A stretch of DNA of 64,000 bases from NCBI RefSeq assembly GCF_009914755.1, contig NC_060927.1; one strand, written 5' to 3'. Source of the stretch: the human T2T-CHM13v2.0 reference genome, Homo sapiens. The notes below the pieces were generated by a model that did not search any database, was not told the origin of the DNA, and saw nothing but the letters and a program-made list of their open reading frames with translations. Shown here piece by piece: positions 1 through 15,723 of this stretch. A program made the position numbers and the translations under genes. Every line of letters starts with the position of its first letter. The first letter of the stretch is position 1.

Positions 1-699
1 AGTAAGTTTTAGGTCTAGGACTATCTTTGTTTAATACTTGTAATCAGAATCATAATCATAATATACTGATACTTTATATACATTGGAAGTGCCTTGTTTT
101 AAGCGATTATAACAAGTGATTTTCGAGAGACAGATGCAGTTTATTTTAGTATACCAAAAGGAAGTCATCAAAATCTACAGATTGAAATACATCTAGCTTT
201 TTATGTTATCTTTCATTAGTTCTTTCCCTTCCTTAGTTTAACACAGTTTTCTGTTCTTAAAATTCTAGTATTGGTTGACCCTATTCTCATTTGATTTTTG
301 ATGGGAAAAGTAGAACTAGACAAAACATTTTTTTAAAAATCACATTTTTTTCTAAGACTTTTTTCTTTTTATTTGAATGCTTTACATTTTAATTGCTCAT
401 TTAAACCTTTTAAAATCTTAGCCCTAGTTTTCCTTTATCCATCAGTTTTAGCCTTTCATTTCTATTGCTTCCTTTTGGGCTTCTATTCATTGAACAATTT
501 CTAATTTTTACTAGTTTTCTTTCTTGCTATTTCCTGCCCTTTCTTAACATTATTATTATTATTTTTTTAGGAAAGACCATGTGTTCTGATTCTTTAAAAT
601 TTTATATTTTTCCCTCGGTGCTTTTCTATTGGATTCTACAAATTGTATTTCTATAGGAGTGTTCATTTTAAAAAACAAGGTGAGGTGTCTGGATCAGTA

Positions 700-1590
<891 letters not shown>

Positions 1591-2139
1591 TATGTGTTTT
1601 AGAAGCAGAATATGATACATACTTTAAAGCAACAAAAGCAGAGCTCCCTGGAACATGGAAGGCATGGAATATGGAAGGCAGTAGAAATACAAGTTTGAGA
1701 TAATATCTCAGACTACAAGAGTAGAACAGTAGCAGGGCTTTGTAAAAATATAGATAGTGAGAAATAAATAGTTTAGGATGAAGATTAAAGAAAACTTTCT
1801 TATCAATATTAATTCTGGTCTACGTATTTTCTGTTCATTGAAGCTACCTAGCTTTTTGAAAGTAGTTAAAACAAATCACATCCAAAACTAAGAATAACTA
1901 TGCAATTTATGTTCAGGAATTTATCATAACATTATTTTTAAAAATTTATGTGCATACATTTTTCTTTTTCTCTCAAGTTTATTTTTTATTTTCTGTGTAC
2001 TTCTTCATTTCTCTTGGCAATATAGTGTTTTCCCTCTTGTATATATAAGTGTTTTGCTTTTAATTGCTGAGATTTTATCATAAACTATCTAGCCAAATTC
2101 CTTTTTAAGTATTGTCACTATGTTTAATGAATACTAAAG

Positions 2140-2545
2140 CGTGGCAGAGTTAAGGATAATCAAAAAGGGATGATAAAGTGTTCCTGGGCTAGCAACAGTG
2201 GGAAACTATCACTACCCCAAGCATGTAAGGGCAAGAGGAGGGAATCATGTTCCTGGAAACTAGCAGGAGCTGAACATATGACGGAGGGAATGCCCAGCTG
2301 GAGCAGGAATGCAGCCGCTGCTTGTGGTCTGTCAGGGAAGAATCCAAGGAGATGAATACCCCAACTTTGCTCTCCTCTTACCCTCTGATCTCTTGCCTCC
2401 CCTTGGCCAAACCTACGAGAATCCAGAAGGTAAGTGAGCCCAGTTGATGCAGGCTGTGCAGGTCAGCCTCTCAGGGCAGAGCCCAGCAGAGAAGAGAAAG
2501 GGAGAGAATGATTCTGAAGGGGCAAAAGGAGAATATTCAGCAAAG
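2140..2545 (-). mobile_element. LTR33-like ERVL LTR fragment
   Basis: ggccaaacc...ccagaaggtaagtgagcccagttgatgcag...ggtcagcctc...gaaggggcaaaaggagaatattcagca resembles the LTR33 consensus as I recall it. Confidence 0.6.
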
Positions 2546-3084
2546 AAAGAAGTTTTTTTAATTCTTTGTATTGTCTATGTTTGGCTATTAGCCTATTTGA
2601 ATGTATCCACTGTCTAACTGTAAAAGTTTTGAGTTTTGGTTAGTCTTTCTACTCAAATGGCCCCATAATGGTTACAATCAAGTCTTCAAGAAACTTTGTT
2701 GTTGGTTTTCTTTTTTAAGTAGTAGGCTATATTTATATTATGTTTTATTTATGATCACAAGCATGGTGTAAGAGTGCTTTTACTGTGGAAGTTTGACTTT
2801 AAAATGGCCTACCAAGAAGGAATATGCATCCTCGTTACATTTGGAACTATAAAAATAAATACAGTGTTGTTCACACAAACAAATAATTTTTGCTGGATAG
2901 TTGTTTATCAGTTTCCTGGAGCCTTGTTTTATAAATACTCATAAACTTGGAGAAAAAGTCTACTTGAGAGAAGTTGACACTATATGTAGTCTGCTTATTA
3001 CTACTTTCTTTTTTTTTAAAGTGTATCTTACATTTAGAAACAGATACTATAACATAGAAGCAAAGATGACTGATGAGATTTTTT

Positions 3085-4270
3085 CACCAAATATTTATGG
3101 AAACCTTCCACTTAATATGAACACACAGAGATAAATAGTGTAGGCGTATGGTGATTACCAAGACAGAGTCCTTGCTCTAAAACAGTTTACCACCAAGTAG
3201 GGTATTTAAGTGCATAAACAACTAACTGTAATGATGAGTAGTGTCCCATAAATACTGTCTTACAGGGACAGGTAATAGTATAGGAGTGCACAGAGTGATT
3301 TCAGAGAAGCTAGTGTTTGAGCTAAACCTTGAGTGGTGAATACAATTATGGTAGAGGAGAGGAGAATTCATTTTGGGCTTAGGGAATGGCATGAATAAGG
3401 CACAACTCAATAAAAATACAAATATGAAGGTGGGGTAAGAATTATTCAAGACCGAACCTTGGTGAACAACATATACAAGCAATGGCAAGAGTGAAGGGTG
3501 TTCAGAAACATGGTAGAAGATTAGGTTGCCAAGAGAGAACAGGGCTAAATTGTCAAGGTCCTGAGTGCTTTGCTAATAATTTTATGTTTTCTACATAGAC
3601 CTTAGAAACGTTTTTGTAAAGGGAAGATAAATAATGGTAAGGTAAGGGATCAGCTCAAGATGGAAGAGAATGGGGCAGAGAGGCTTTTGGTGATAGTGTA
3701 GGAGGAATGAGGAGGAATTTGCATGAAGGAGGAAGAGGATTTGCCTGAAGGCCATGGCATGGGAAGGAAATGGAGAACATAGATATAAGACATCATAAGT
3801 GCTGATAATAGACTTGGGGGTTTCTTGATTTCTGTTTGGAGTAATTGGTAGAAGGTGAAGCTGTTACCTAAGGGACAGTAGAAAAGAAAGAGCCGGCTCT
3901 GGAAGGAAGTTAACAAATTCGATTTTAGACTTATTAAGTTTGAGGTATTAGCACTGGTCTAATGTAGATGTCCATTTAGATCCACTGGAAATTTTGTCTA
4001 GAGCTCAGGAGTTGCCTGGGTTCAGAATAGAAATCTGGGAACATAAGCCTGAAGATATTTTTAAAGCCATGAAAGTAAGCGAGCCCTCTCTTAAGGAGGG
4101 AGTTTAGCGTGAAAAAAGGACCAAACAGAGAACTGCCTACAGAGAGGTTGGACAAAAGTCCATTTAAAAAGACTGAGAAGAAGAAATCAAAGAACTAAGA
4201 GGAAAATCAGGGAACTGCAGTTGTCATAGAAGCCAAGGAGTCGGGGAGTTTTTAGAAGATTTTAGAACAA
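3085..4270 (-). mobile_element. L2 LINE fragment
   Basis: Degenerate purine-rich L2 antisense pattern (caaatatttatgga...acagagtccttgctct...ttaagtttgaggt...agaagccaagg). Confidence 0.7.
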
Positions 4271-4646
4271 TGCGACATTAAGAACTATGTTTATAGCAAC
4301 TTGTAAATTAGTCCTTTCTTTTTCCCCCAGGAGCTTTAAATTCTGCCCATGTGGGTGGGTTGAGGGAGTCTTCAGAGTTTGTAGAAGTAGCTCTGGGTTT
4401 CTGAAAAATGTGAAGGTGATGTACTGACCTAGTTAATACCCCGTAATCCTGGGAGGAAGGAAGGGGCTGTGGCTGGAGTATTTATTTCTTGTCATGATAG
4501 GTCTTGTCATGAATATTAACTATTTACTCTTTGAAGTCACAAGTGAAAGAAGGGTCTGGCTGTTCTGTTTAAGCATGTCAGAAGAACAATAATGCTTACT
4601 ATGATGACTTCTCAATCTTGAAATATATTCAGAGCTTGAAACTTTC

Positions 4647-4824
4647 TTTCCCTCCCTGTCCCCTTCCCCTTCCCCTTCCCCTTCCCTGTCCCTTTCCCCT
4701 TCCCCTTTCCTTTCCCCTTCCCCTTTCCTTTCCCCTTCCCCTTCCCCTTTCCCCTTCCCCTTCCCCTTCCCCTTCCCTTTCCCCTTCCCTGTTCCCTTCC
4801 CCTTCCCCTCCCCTCCCCTCCCCT
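4647..4824. repeat. (CCCCTT)n polypyrimidine microsatellite derived from the Alu tail
   Basis: Directly visible; lies between the left TSD and the Alu body. Confidence 0.95.
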
Positions 4825-5105
4825 TTTTGACAGAGTCTCACTGGTCACCCAGTCTGGAGTGCACTGGCACAATCTTGGCTCACTGCAACCTCCGCCTCCC
4901 AGGTTCCGGTGATTGTCATGCCTCAGCCTCCCCAGTAGCTGGGATTAAGGCATGCGCCACCACACCTGGCTAATTTTTGTATTTTTAGTAGAGACGGGGT
5001 TTTGCCATGTTGACCAGCCTCAAGTGAACTTCTGGCCTCAAGTGATCAGCCCACCTCGGCCTCCCAAAGTGTTGGGATTACAGGCGTGAGCTATCGCGCC
5101 TGGCC
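4825..5105 (-). mobile_element. Alu (AluS)
   Basis: Antisense dimer; TSD gagc(t/c)tgaaactttc at 4632-4646 and 5107-5121. Confidence 0.93.
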
Positions 5106-5538
5106 GGAGCCTGAAACTTTCAAGCTTTCAGTTTAATTCCATGGCTTTTATTTTCTTTTCCATTTTAAACCCAGTTATTTCCTGAATCTAATTTATTTAT
5201 TTTTGTGTATATGTCTTTAAAAGGTTTCCTAACAATTACATTTGGTAAATAAGTTCTTATTAAGTGTTTCTTTTAGTTGTTGTGCTTTTGTTTATTGAGA
5301 GAAATTGAAATTTTTAAATTTTGCACCTTTGTTGCAGGCTGCCACAGGTAATCAAGATGATATGCACCATGGTAAACAATTTCTTTGGAAATCCAAGATA
5401 TTTCTTGAACTCGGGGATTCAGGAACTGAAGTTTGACCTTATCTTATTGTATAAATTACTTTAACATTATGGTACTTTTGTACCTCATTTGGAGATTAAA
5501 GAGCTTGACCAAACAAGATAGGTTAGCATCCAGTCACC

Positions 5539-7830
5539 TGTAATGAGGAAGGAGTTAGTTTTCATGTGTGATGCTTTGGGTATCAGGGATATGCATAGCT
5601 TCATAAATAACTGGGATTTTCATTGGTATTTTCCTACCGCAGGTGTACTATTTTGATATTAATAGTCTCATCCTTTGGATCTCTTACGTTTGGCAGAATA
5701 TAAGTAAGAAATCTGAATAAAGGTGAATGTTCTTACATGTGTTCTTGGTAGAAGTATATGTCACTGTCAGAGTAATGAGATTGAGGGTGAGGTTGTATGT
5801 TATGTATCTCTGATGGAGATTTTGAGGGGTAGCCAGACAGGTCACCAATCCTCAACCATAGCTGTCTAGCACTGCCATAGGTTCTGCAGAGAGTTCTGCA
5901 GAGCAGACCTTCTTAGCAAATGCACCTTCTTCCTTGTGCTGGGCTTTGACCCCAGAGCCTTCCATGGAAGCTATAGGTCTAGTGGGTTGGCCTCAACCAC
6001 TTGTGAGTGAGTATTCCCTTTATCCTTCTGGCCTATGACTTAGACTAAAAGAAGTCTGCCTGGGCTCCTTTTACTGAGGTCTAATTTTTATCCTTGGATT
6101 CCTGCCATTCCTATGCAATGAGAAAAACAAACCCCAGGGGGAGAGAAAGAGAGTGTACTAGCATTGCCTTCTAGCCTAGACCCTCACAAGACAGGAGTCC
6201 TGCCAAGCAAGACACAGCCTTTTCACATATGGGAGTAGGCAATTCAAAGGAGGACCAGTAACTTCTAGTGATGCAGATAGAGGAATCCAAAAGGAGCACA
6301 CAGAGTGGATCCAAGAAATTTAACTGTACCACTTCCTAACATGTAAACCATTTGGCATTGGTTCCATACTAATGCCAATTCATCTGCTTCTCGGAGTGAT
6401 GGAGGAGGAGTGTTGAACCCTGAGAGTAGTTTGTATCTCTGCATTCAAGAGAGAAAACAAGAGAAGCTGGTAGAAAAGGCTTCTCAATTTGTGAGATTAA
6501 TCTGTGTTACATCAGAAGTAGTGAGAAAGGAGAGTTAGGATTTAGAAGGCTTGGGAAGACCTGAATAATGTGGATAATGGTATGTGCAAAGCCATAAAAT
6601 GTGTGGTTTTGATGAGGTTAGAATCATGCCTGAAAGCTGAATGGGGATTTAGACATCATGTCGGGTATGTAATCTGCAAGCTCCGTCCTGGGCCCAGTGA
6701 AAACCTTTCTGTGAGCTTTCCCTAAGGCTGTACTTCAGGCAAATTATTATACAAGGGGGAATCTATTTGCCATCTCTGAGCAAATCCATGCCTCCCTACC
6801 TACTATAGGTTAGGAAATAATCTTTTATATCTGTTGGTGTTGCATTTACAAAGGGCTTCCCCGTATATTATCACATCTAACTCTGCCTGTTAATCACAGA
6901 GGAATAAATCATGGCATCTGCAGAGTAGAGCCTCTACCAGGGTGTGTACTCTTCATACAACCATGGACCTGCCTTCTGTTAACAGGATTCTGTATTGGGA
7001 GAGCAAACCCTTAAAAGCAGGGATAAAGATACTAAGAGGTCTTCCTGTCTTTTACTAAGGTCTGAAATGCCACCAATTCTAGCAATTGATTTATCTGGAT
7101 CCCCTAAGACCTTCTATTAGAGTGTGAATATCCATGCAAAAGAGTTATGGGCTCAGATTGAAGTGTGTCATGTAGAAATTGATGAAGAAGCGATAATTAT
7201 AGCAGATTCATTGATAGTTTTATGTATGTACTAATTTACTTGATGTTATTAAGAAATTATGAAGTTTAGAGCATTGCTATAGTCACTGTGAGGATTAAAA
7301 TGCTGAAAAATAAATGATCCCTTCCCCAAAGATTTTACAGTGTAGTAGGAGGTCCTCCAGTGAAGAAAGGGGGAGACTTTGGAAACAGAATGGCTGTAGG
7401 AAGTGATGAAGAATGATGTAGATAACCCTAAGCTTTCTTTTGTAAAAGTTACATTTGATAACCTCTTTGAGTTGTTCATTTGGTGGCATTACATACTGTG
7501 ATGGGGTAAGATGAATATGAAACAGGTTATCATGGGATAGATGGGATGCCCTGTGGACAAAATCCATGAAGATGGTATATGAATTTTTGAAAATAGATGA
7601 GGTGTTCCTGGAGACATGATTAAAAGGAAGAAGAACAGAGGCTCAAGTAATAGCTCAAAGAGTTTTAGGCCCCCCAACAGGTAGAAGAGTTGGATTAATG
7701 GGTTTTGAAGGAGATAATGCACAAAAAGTTAAATTATGAGGTCACAGAATAGGTAAATTCTGTATTCTGGACAACAAGCAGGAAATCTAGCCCACCTTGG
7801 TGTAGACAGTGAACCCTGATGTCAGAGGTC
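5539..7830 (+). mobile_element. Putative ancient Gypsy-type LTR element relic (LTR ~5539-6511 plus internal PNMA-like gag remnant)
   Basis: TGTAAT...GTTACA followed by TCAGAAGT; decayed reading frames at 7511-7770 resemble PNMA/Gypsy gag N-termini by eye. Confidence 0.4.
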
Positions 7831-7879
7831 GAAGAAAATCTGATTTCACCTATATTTTTTAGTTTTGTTAGCATGAAAC

Positions 7880-8790
7880 TACTTTTTAAAATCACTTTAT
7901 TGAGGCATAATTTATCCACAGTAAAACAAACCCATTTTAAGTACATTTCAGTGAGTTTTGATAAATGTATATAGCTGTATAAATACCACCACTATCAAGA
8001 TCTAGACTTCAATTACTCCAAAATGTTTCTTGTGCCCCTTCCCAGTTATTCTCTACCCTGATCCTTGGCCCCAGGCAATCACTGCCCTCTGTCATTATAG
8101 ATGTAAATTTGTCTTCTCTAGAATTTCATATTAATGAGATCGTATAATATGTACTCTTATATCTGGCTTTTTGGGGGATTCAGCATAATGTTTTTGAGAT
8201 TCATCCATGTCGTTTTATATGTCAGTAGTTCATTCCTTTTCATTTCTGACTAGTATTCCATTGAATATACTACAATTCGTGTATTCATTCAGATACTGAT
8301 GGACATTTGAGTTGTTTCCAGTTTTCTGACTACCATTAATTTCCAGTTTTTGACTACCATTAATCAAAGATATACATATCTTTGAGTACTCAAATATGTA
8401 CATCTGAGTAGAAATATGTTTTCATTTTTCTTGGGTGAATAGGAGTGGGATTGCTAGATTGTATGTTAAGTATATGTTTAGCTTTATAACAAACTGACAA
8501 ACTGTTTTCCAAAATGGTTGTATCATTTTTTTCTTATTCCTACCAGTAGTGTATGAAATTTCAAGTTCTTCCACATCTTTGCCAACACTTGGCGTAGACA
8601 TTCTTTTTAATTTTAGTCATTCTAATAGGTGTGTATTGGTATATCATTGTGTTTTATTTTTCATTTCTTTGGTGACTACTAATATGCTTGGTGGCCATTC
8701 ATACATGTATTTTTGTGAAGCATCTGTTCAAATCTTTGATTTTTTTTACTGTGTTATTTGACTTCTTAGTATTGAGTTGAAGGAGTTCTT
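7880..8790 (-). mobile_element. Old L1M (L1MB/ME-like) 3' region; a short remainder resumes at ~10873
   Basis: tttattgaggcataattt...gagattcatccatgt...gatggacatttgagttgtttccag...attgagttgaaggagttctt|atatatcctagata. Confidence 0.85.
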
Positions 8791-10880
<2,090 letters not shown>

Positions 10881-12459
10881 TAGATATAATTTTTGACCAC
10901 CGGAAATTATTAAAAATCTTGCCATGATAGTGCTTTCAGTGCATTACTGTAATAAAAATAATGGTCTAGATGCTAAAATGTAACACATCTGCTATGATAT
11001 AGCTCATTTGAGGATAATAGAAAAATATCGATAAAAATATTCTTTTTGTCATCTTCAACGTGCATGATCTCAGATTTCAAAAAGGATGCCTGCCTACATA
11101 TCTCTTCTTCCAGTACACTCTGCAATCTACTTAAAAAAAAATTTTTTTAAGATAGCTGCTAGATGAGTGCCAGTTTTATATTCTTTTTTTTTTCTGGCAA
11201 CTCCTTTGAGAAACATATGTTTCTAACTTAAGTTACTGCTTTTTCCTCCATATGCTTCTTATTCCATTTCTAGGTATCAGAAAGGCATTTGGGTTGAATA
11301 CGTGCATGATTAAGTCCATGGAGCTTATTGGTGGAGTCAGGCCCTCCAAATAGGAAAGAAAAGAGAACCTGATCACCACCAATTTAAAAGTAACTTAGAA
11401 ACAAAACATCAAACTCTTTTTCTGCCAGTGACTTTAATTTTTAAACTATATAAACACTTGCTCATCAGCTATTTTTTGTGCTATTTTATGCATTGTTCCA
11501 AGCTAAACTTCCTGGGGAAGAACACAGGCACTACTTTCAAGAGCTCAGAGAACAAATGCTGGAGGACAAGAGAGGGAATTAGGATTCTTGAATGCTACTT
11601 ATACTATTTACTTCTGGTCTTCCACAACTTCATGTAATTTATCATCTGCCCTTATTGACTTAGAAGCTTACATGATAGTATTTGGTTCAATGACATTGAG
11701 TAAGCATTCTGCAAATTAATTAGTGGGACAAATTTGGTCTCATAATTCCACTGCTGCTTAAAGTTATTAAAGAAATCTCTCAATCTGCTAGCATTGTAAA
11801 TAGCCTATTCTAGCTAGTTATATAGATTCAAAACTTACTTTATTATGTAAACTATAGAGTGACAGGTCAGTGAAAGTGTTTCAACTTTTAGAAATTGTTG
11901 ACTTTCCAGGACTTGCATTTCTGGCCTTAATTATCTTGAATATAACAAATCAGTGTACGGTAAGCAAAGTGATCTCTGGATGACTAAAATAGATATTATA
12001 TCTCATATCTCATATGGTTCAGGCACAGCATAATTCCTCCAATATCACTCAGAGCTTATGTATTCTTATATTAGGCATGATTTTCATAAGACTGGTTATT
12101 TGTTTCCCCTGCCTGCAGCTATTAAAAGCAAAAAAGGTGGGAGTTGTGGGGAGGTGGTGGTAAAGAGGGACTCCTATATGCAAAAACACTGATAGCAGAT
12201 TAGAGAAGGAGAGAATCATATTTTAAAAAAAACATGATTTCAAAGGAAGGCCAATTTGGGACCGTTTAGTACATGTATGGCAAAGCCCAGTGGATCTTAA
12301 GGGCATCCCTGTGTCATAGGGTACACCAACAATGTGATGGCCCATGAGTTACAAAGACTTTACATTGTGATTAATATTCCTTTTCTTTGTTCGTAATAAA
12401 ATTCAAGATAGATTTCAAACCAAAATGATAAACAAAACAATTATGTGTCAAGATTTAGC

Positions 12460-12850
12460 ACCTTGACCACCTGGAAAACTTTGTCCTGTTCCTTGCCCTA
12501 ATGCCTTTGTGCCCTCCCTCTCCCCAGCTGCACATGCACACTTGCACGCGAATCCTTCTCACGCACAGGAGTCACCCACCGATGGAATTTTCTCTGGGAA
12601 AAACTGGTTGAGCTGCCCTTCCTTTGAGCTCCCTTTGCTTATAATATCATGGCACTAACAACCCCATATGGTGATTACCTGTTTATTTGCTCTTCTTTCC
12701 GATGAGACTGAAAGCTATTTGAGGGCAAAAGCTTGTCTTATCCACTGTTATATAAGCCTATCACTTAGGACAGTTGTACCTGGCACATGGTATAGAGTTA
12801 ATACATAATTCTTAAATAAAGGAATGGTTGAATGAATGTTGAATAAATCC
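12460..12850 (+). mobile_element. L2 3' end
   Basis: gagactgaaagctatttgagggcaaaagcttgtctt...cctggcacatggta...gttgaatgaatg. Confidence 0.75.
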
Positions 12851-15085
12851 AGAATAACTTCTGAGGAACCAAGATTTGTCTGCACAGTACTTTGGAAAAG
12901 CAGCATGCTAAAACCTTTGGAAAATTTGCGCTCTAATCTGTTTGGAAATTTCTATTAGAAACCATCACATGGATAAGAGTTTAGAGTAAGGTGTCTTTAA
13001 GTTAGATGTCTTTAAGCTGTGAAAAATAAAACTGAATCTGAAAAATGAAACTATGCATAAATATTCTAGCATAATAAAGAAGTTATGGATTTTGTCTTTC
13101 CTTAAGAGTTCTTATTTGATATAAAAATATCCTCCATAGCAAAATGAAAAATTGAATATGCTATATTTCTATAATTTTAAAAAATACTTTTGCAAGTGAT
13201 ACTTTAAGAACCATTAATAGTTCACCAGTGATTTGGCTGAAAGAGAACAATCAGAAGCATGTTGTTTCATGGATCTAGTAACTAATAAAATACCCTTGCC
13301 TGGAATAATTTAAATCCAGAAAAGAGAAAAAGCTCATTACTGACAAGTTTGCTAATGATAAAAAATTAGATGGCAGTAAATAACATTAGGCAATAACATT
13401 AAAGTTCAAAAATGCCATGTTGAAGTTATTAGACTTGTAAGTACAATGATACATACAAATGAAGGAGACCGGGTTTAAAGTGCAGTACCAGGAATAAAAC
13501 AGAGATTAAAGAGAAGGGTTATTTAACACTGGGATGGTTAGTGAAAAAGCTCGTGAAATCTCCTCAGACTGGGATAATGTCTTTGAAATCCTTTTTATAT
13601 GAATGAGTAAAAATCATAATCATTAATATTATTTAGTTTTAGAATAAAATTGGGGAAGCCCACTAAATACATGAAGTGTTGGATTAGACAGGTATTTTAA
13701 TGGTCTTTGATTCAGGAGGCTGACTGCTCTACAAGCCTTTTCTGAGAGATTCTTTTTCCTTCTGCCTTTTCCTCTCCATCTGGCCTCTGTGACAACTATG
13801 TTCTTCTACTTTTTCATTTATCTAGGATCATAGTTGGGCCACTTAAGAACTGGGCTTTCTTCCAAAATAGGATATTTGATTGTGGCCATTTTGACAATGT
13901 TGTCTTAAATATAAAAAGGCACACAAAAATTTTTCTTAATAACCAATGGGCATTATAGGCATGCGTGGGTGTCATCCTCATGCTACCTTACAGTACCTGG
14001 TAGGCTGATGGATGGAGGAAGGCTCTTGGAGCGAGAGAGGACGTCTGTTGCAAATATTGCATTACTTGTTATGTATACAAAAGCTAAGAACGCGTAGCTT
14101 TTTTGTTAGTTTGTTTTAGACTGAATAGTCTAATATATATAGTTATAATGTTAGTTATGTTTTGACACAAAAGTTATAACATTATAACTGACATAGTTTG
14201 TCAGCTTAGTTTGTTTTAGACTGAAGAAAAATATCCCCCTTTCAGAAAAAAAGCTACATCAAAATGTCATATACCTGCTTATTTCTGTTTTGCATTAGGA
14301 AGTTAATAAGCAAGTAGGTGGGTGAATTGCTCTGTGAAACCTGGGCTCAATAAAACATTTTGTTTTCTTTTTATTACTTAAATTGGTTTTTGAGCCCTGC
14401 TTGCTGGTGAGGTATCTGATGTCGCCCATTGTTGGGATTCCTTCCCCAGCTTTCTCCCCACAATGCCCTCTCCCCTGCAACACTGTATTGCCTTGGACTC
14501 CCAGGGCTTAAATGGGTCCTGGGAACATGGGCAGATGTCTGGTCCTGAGCCATCACTATGGTCACCATGGCTCCTTCTATCCACTTTACCACGTCTGAAA
14601 TGGCACTTCACTCCTTGGGGGTGGGGAGCTCTCAAAAGTGTCTCTCCACAGCTCTTGTCTCTGCAGGCGGGCTCCAGAGTGTCAGCCAAGGGCAGGATAT
14701 TCTGAAGCCAGCCAGTGCCCACAGCCATTTGTGGGTACCCTGCTCAGAAGTCTGCCACCTCTGGGAGCTCTATGGCAATAAGGGCCAGGCCTCTAAGACT
14801 CTAGGGCCCAACTGCACTCCCAGCTTGCCCCTTCTCCTCCCCAGGCTCCCAGTATCTCAACCATGCAAGGGCCTTTCTTGGCCTTTTCTTTCACAATGGG
14901 GTTTAATGACCCATGTGGAATTTCTAAATGGATAAAACCTGAAGACCACCAAAGCCTGTTTACTTTTCCTGCACATAAGAAGGACTTGATTTTTAGGAGT
15001 GCGGTGTATGGTCTCCCATCTACCAAGGATAGACGGTATATTTCTTTGAGGCAGCTGAAACCCAGCAACTGCACTTATGCATTTA

Positions 15086-15088
<3 letters not shown>

Positions 15089-15163
<75 letters not shown>
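15089..15163. repeat. Compound (TC)n(AC)n microsatellite
   Basis: Directly visible. Confidence 0.97.
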
Positions 15164-15164
<1 letters not shown>

Positions 15165-15690
15165 TAAAGATCTGAGAGTATTTGTTTCGGACAATCCCTT
15201 TTAGCAGTAGGAGGGTGGTGATGAGGGAAGCTTTATTTCAAAATGCTAATACTGTAAAGTTATTTTACTCATCTCCTTGACTGTCTTCATATACTAGAAA
15301 CTGACTATAACATGATCCAATTGTAGTGTGAAATTTAGCATAACCAGGTTCCCCTGGCAGCTAAGAAGGTATAGTTACTAGAAGGCCTGCATTATAAGAT
15401 GGCCACAATGTGAGACAGCAGCACAGTAGTGACTATCTCACCATTTTCTTACATTTTTATTCAGTTTTCTCGGTATCAGAAATTTACAAAACCCTTTTCT
15501 CTTACTTTCCATCTTTGCCAAAAACATAGAAATCTGACCAGATTTCACCAGTCAAAACTCATTGAAACTCCTGAAATTTAAGTTAGGCAATTCCTGCTTT
15601 TCACTATAGTATGTTCCTGTAAAGAATAACAGAAAACAAAGACAGCAAAAAATTAGTATTTAATCTTTCCTCCTGCGTAACTGTGGAGCC

Positions 15691-15723
15691 TGCAGTTACC
15701 CTTTTAAATCACTAGATGACGCT
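15691..15723 (+). promoter_or_regulatory. Candidate CTCF site, forward, with upstream motif
   Basis: TGCAGTTAC + 6 bp + aaatCACTAGATGaCGCT; two core mismatches to CCACTAGATGGCGCT. Confidence 0.4.

Noticed and set aside
4612-4872. GK/GR-rich and PL-rich ORFs
   Set aside because: Translations of the (CCCCTT)n repeat and adjacent Alu
5338-5347. 10-nt microexon (ttgcag|GCTGCCACAG|gtaatc)
   Set aside because: Not a multiple of 3, weak donor, and no further support
14295-15204. Cluster of overlapping 60-125 aa ORFs in a GC-richer patch
   Set aside because: No recognisable domain, ORFs on both strands, and no convincing splice signals; expected from the local base composition
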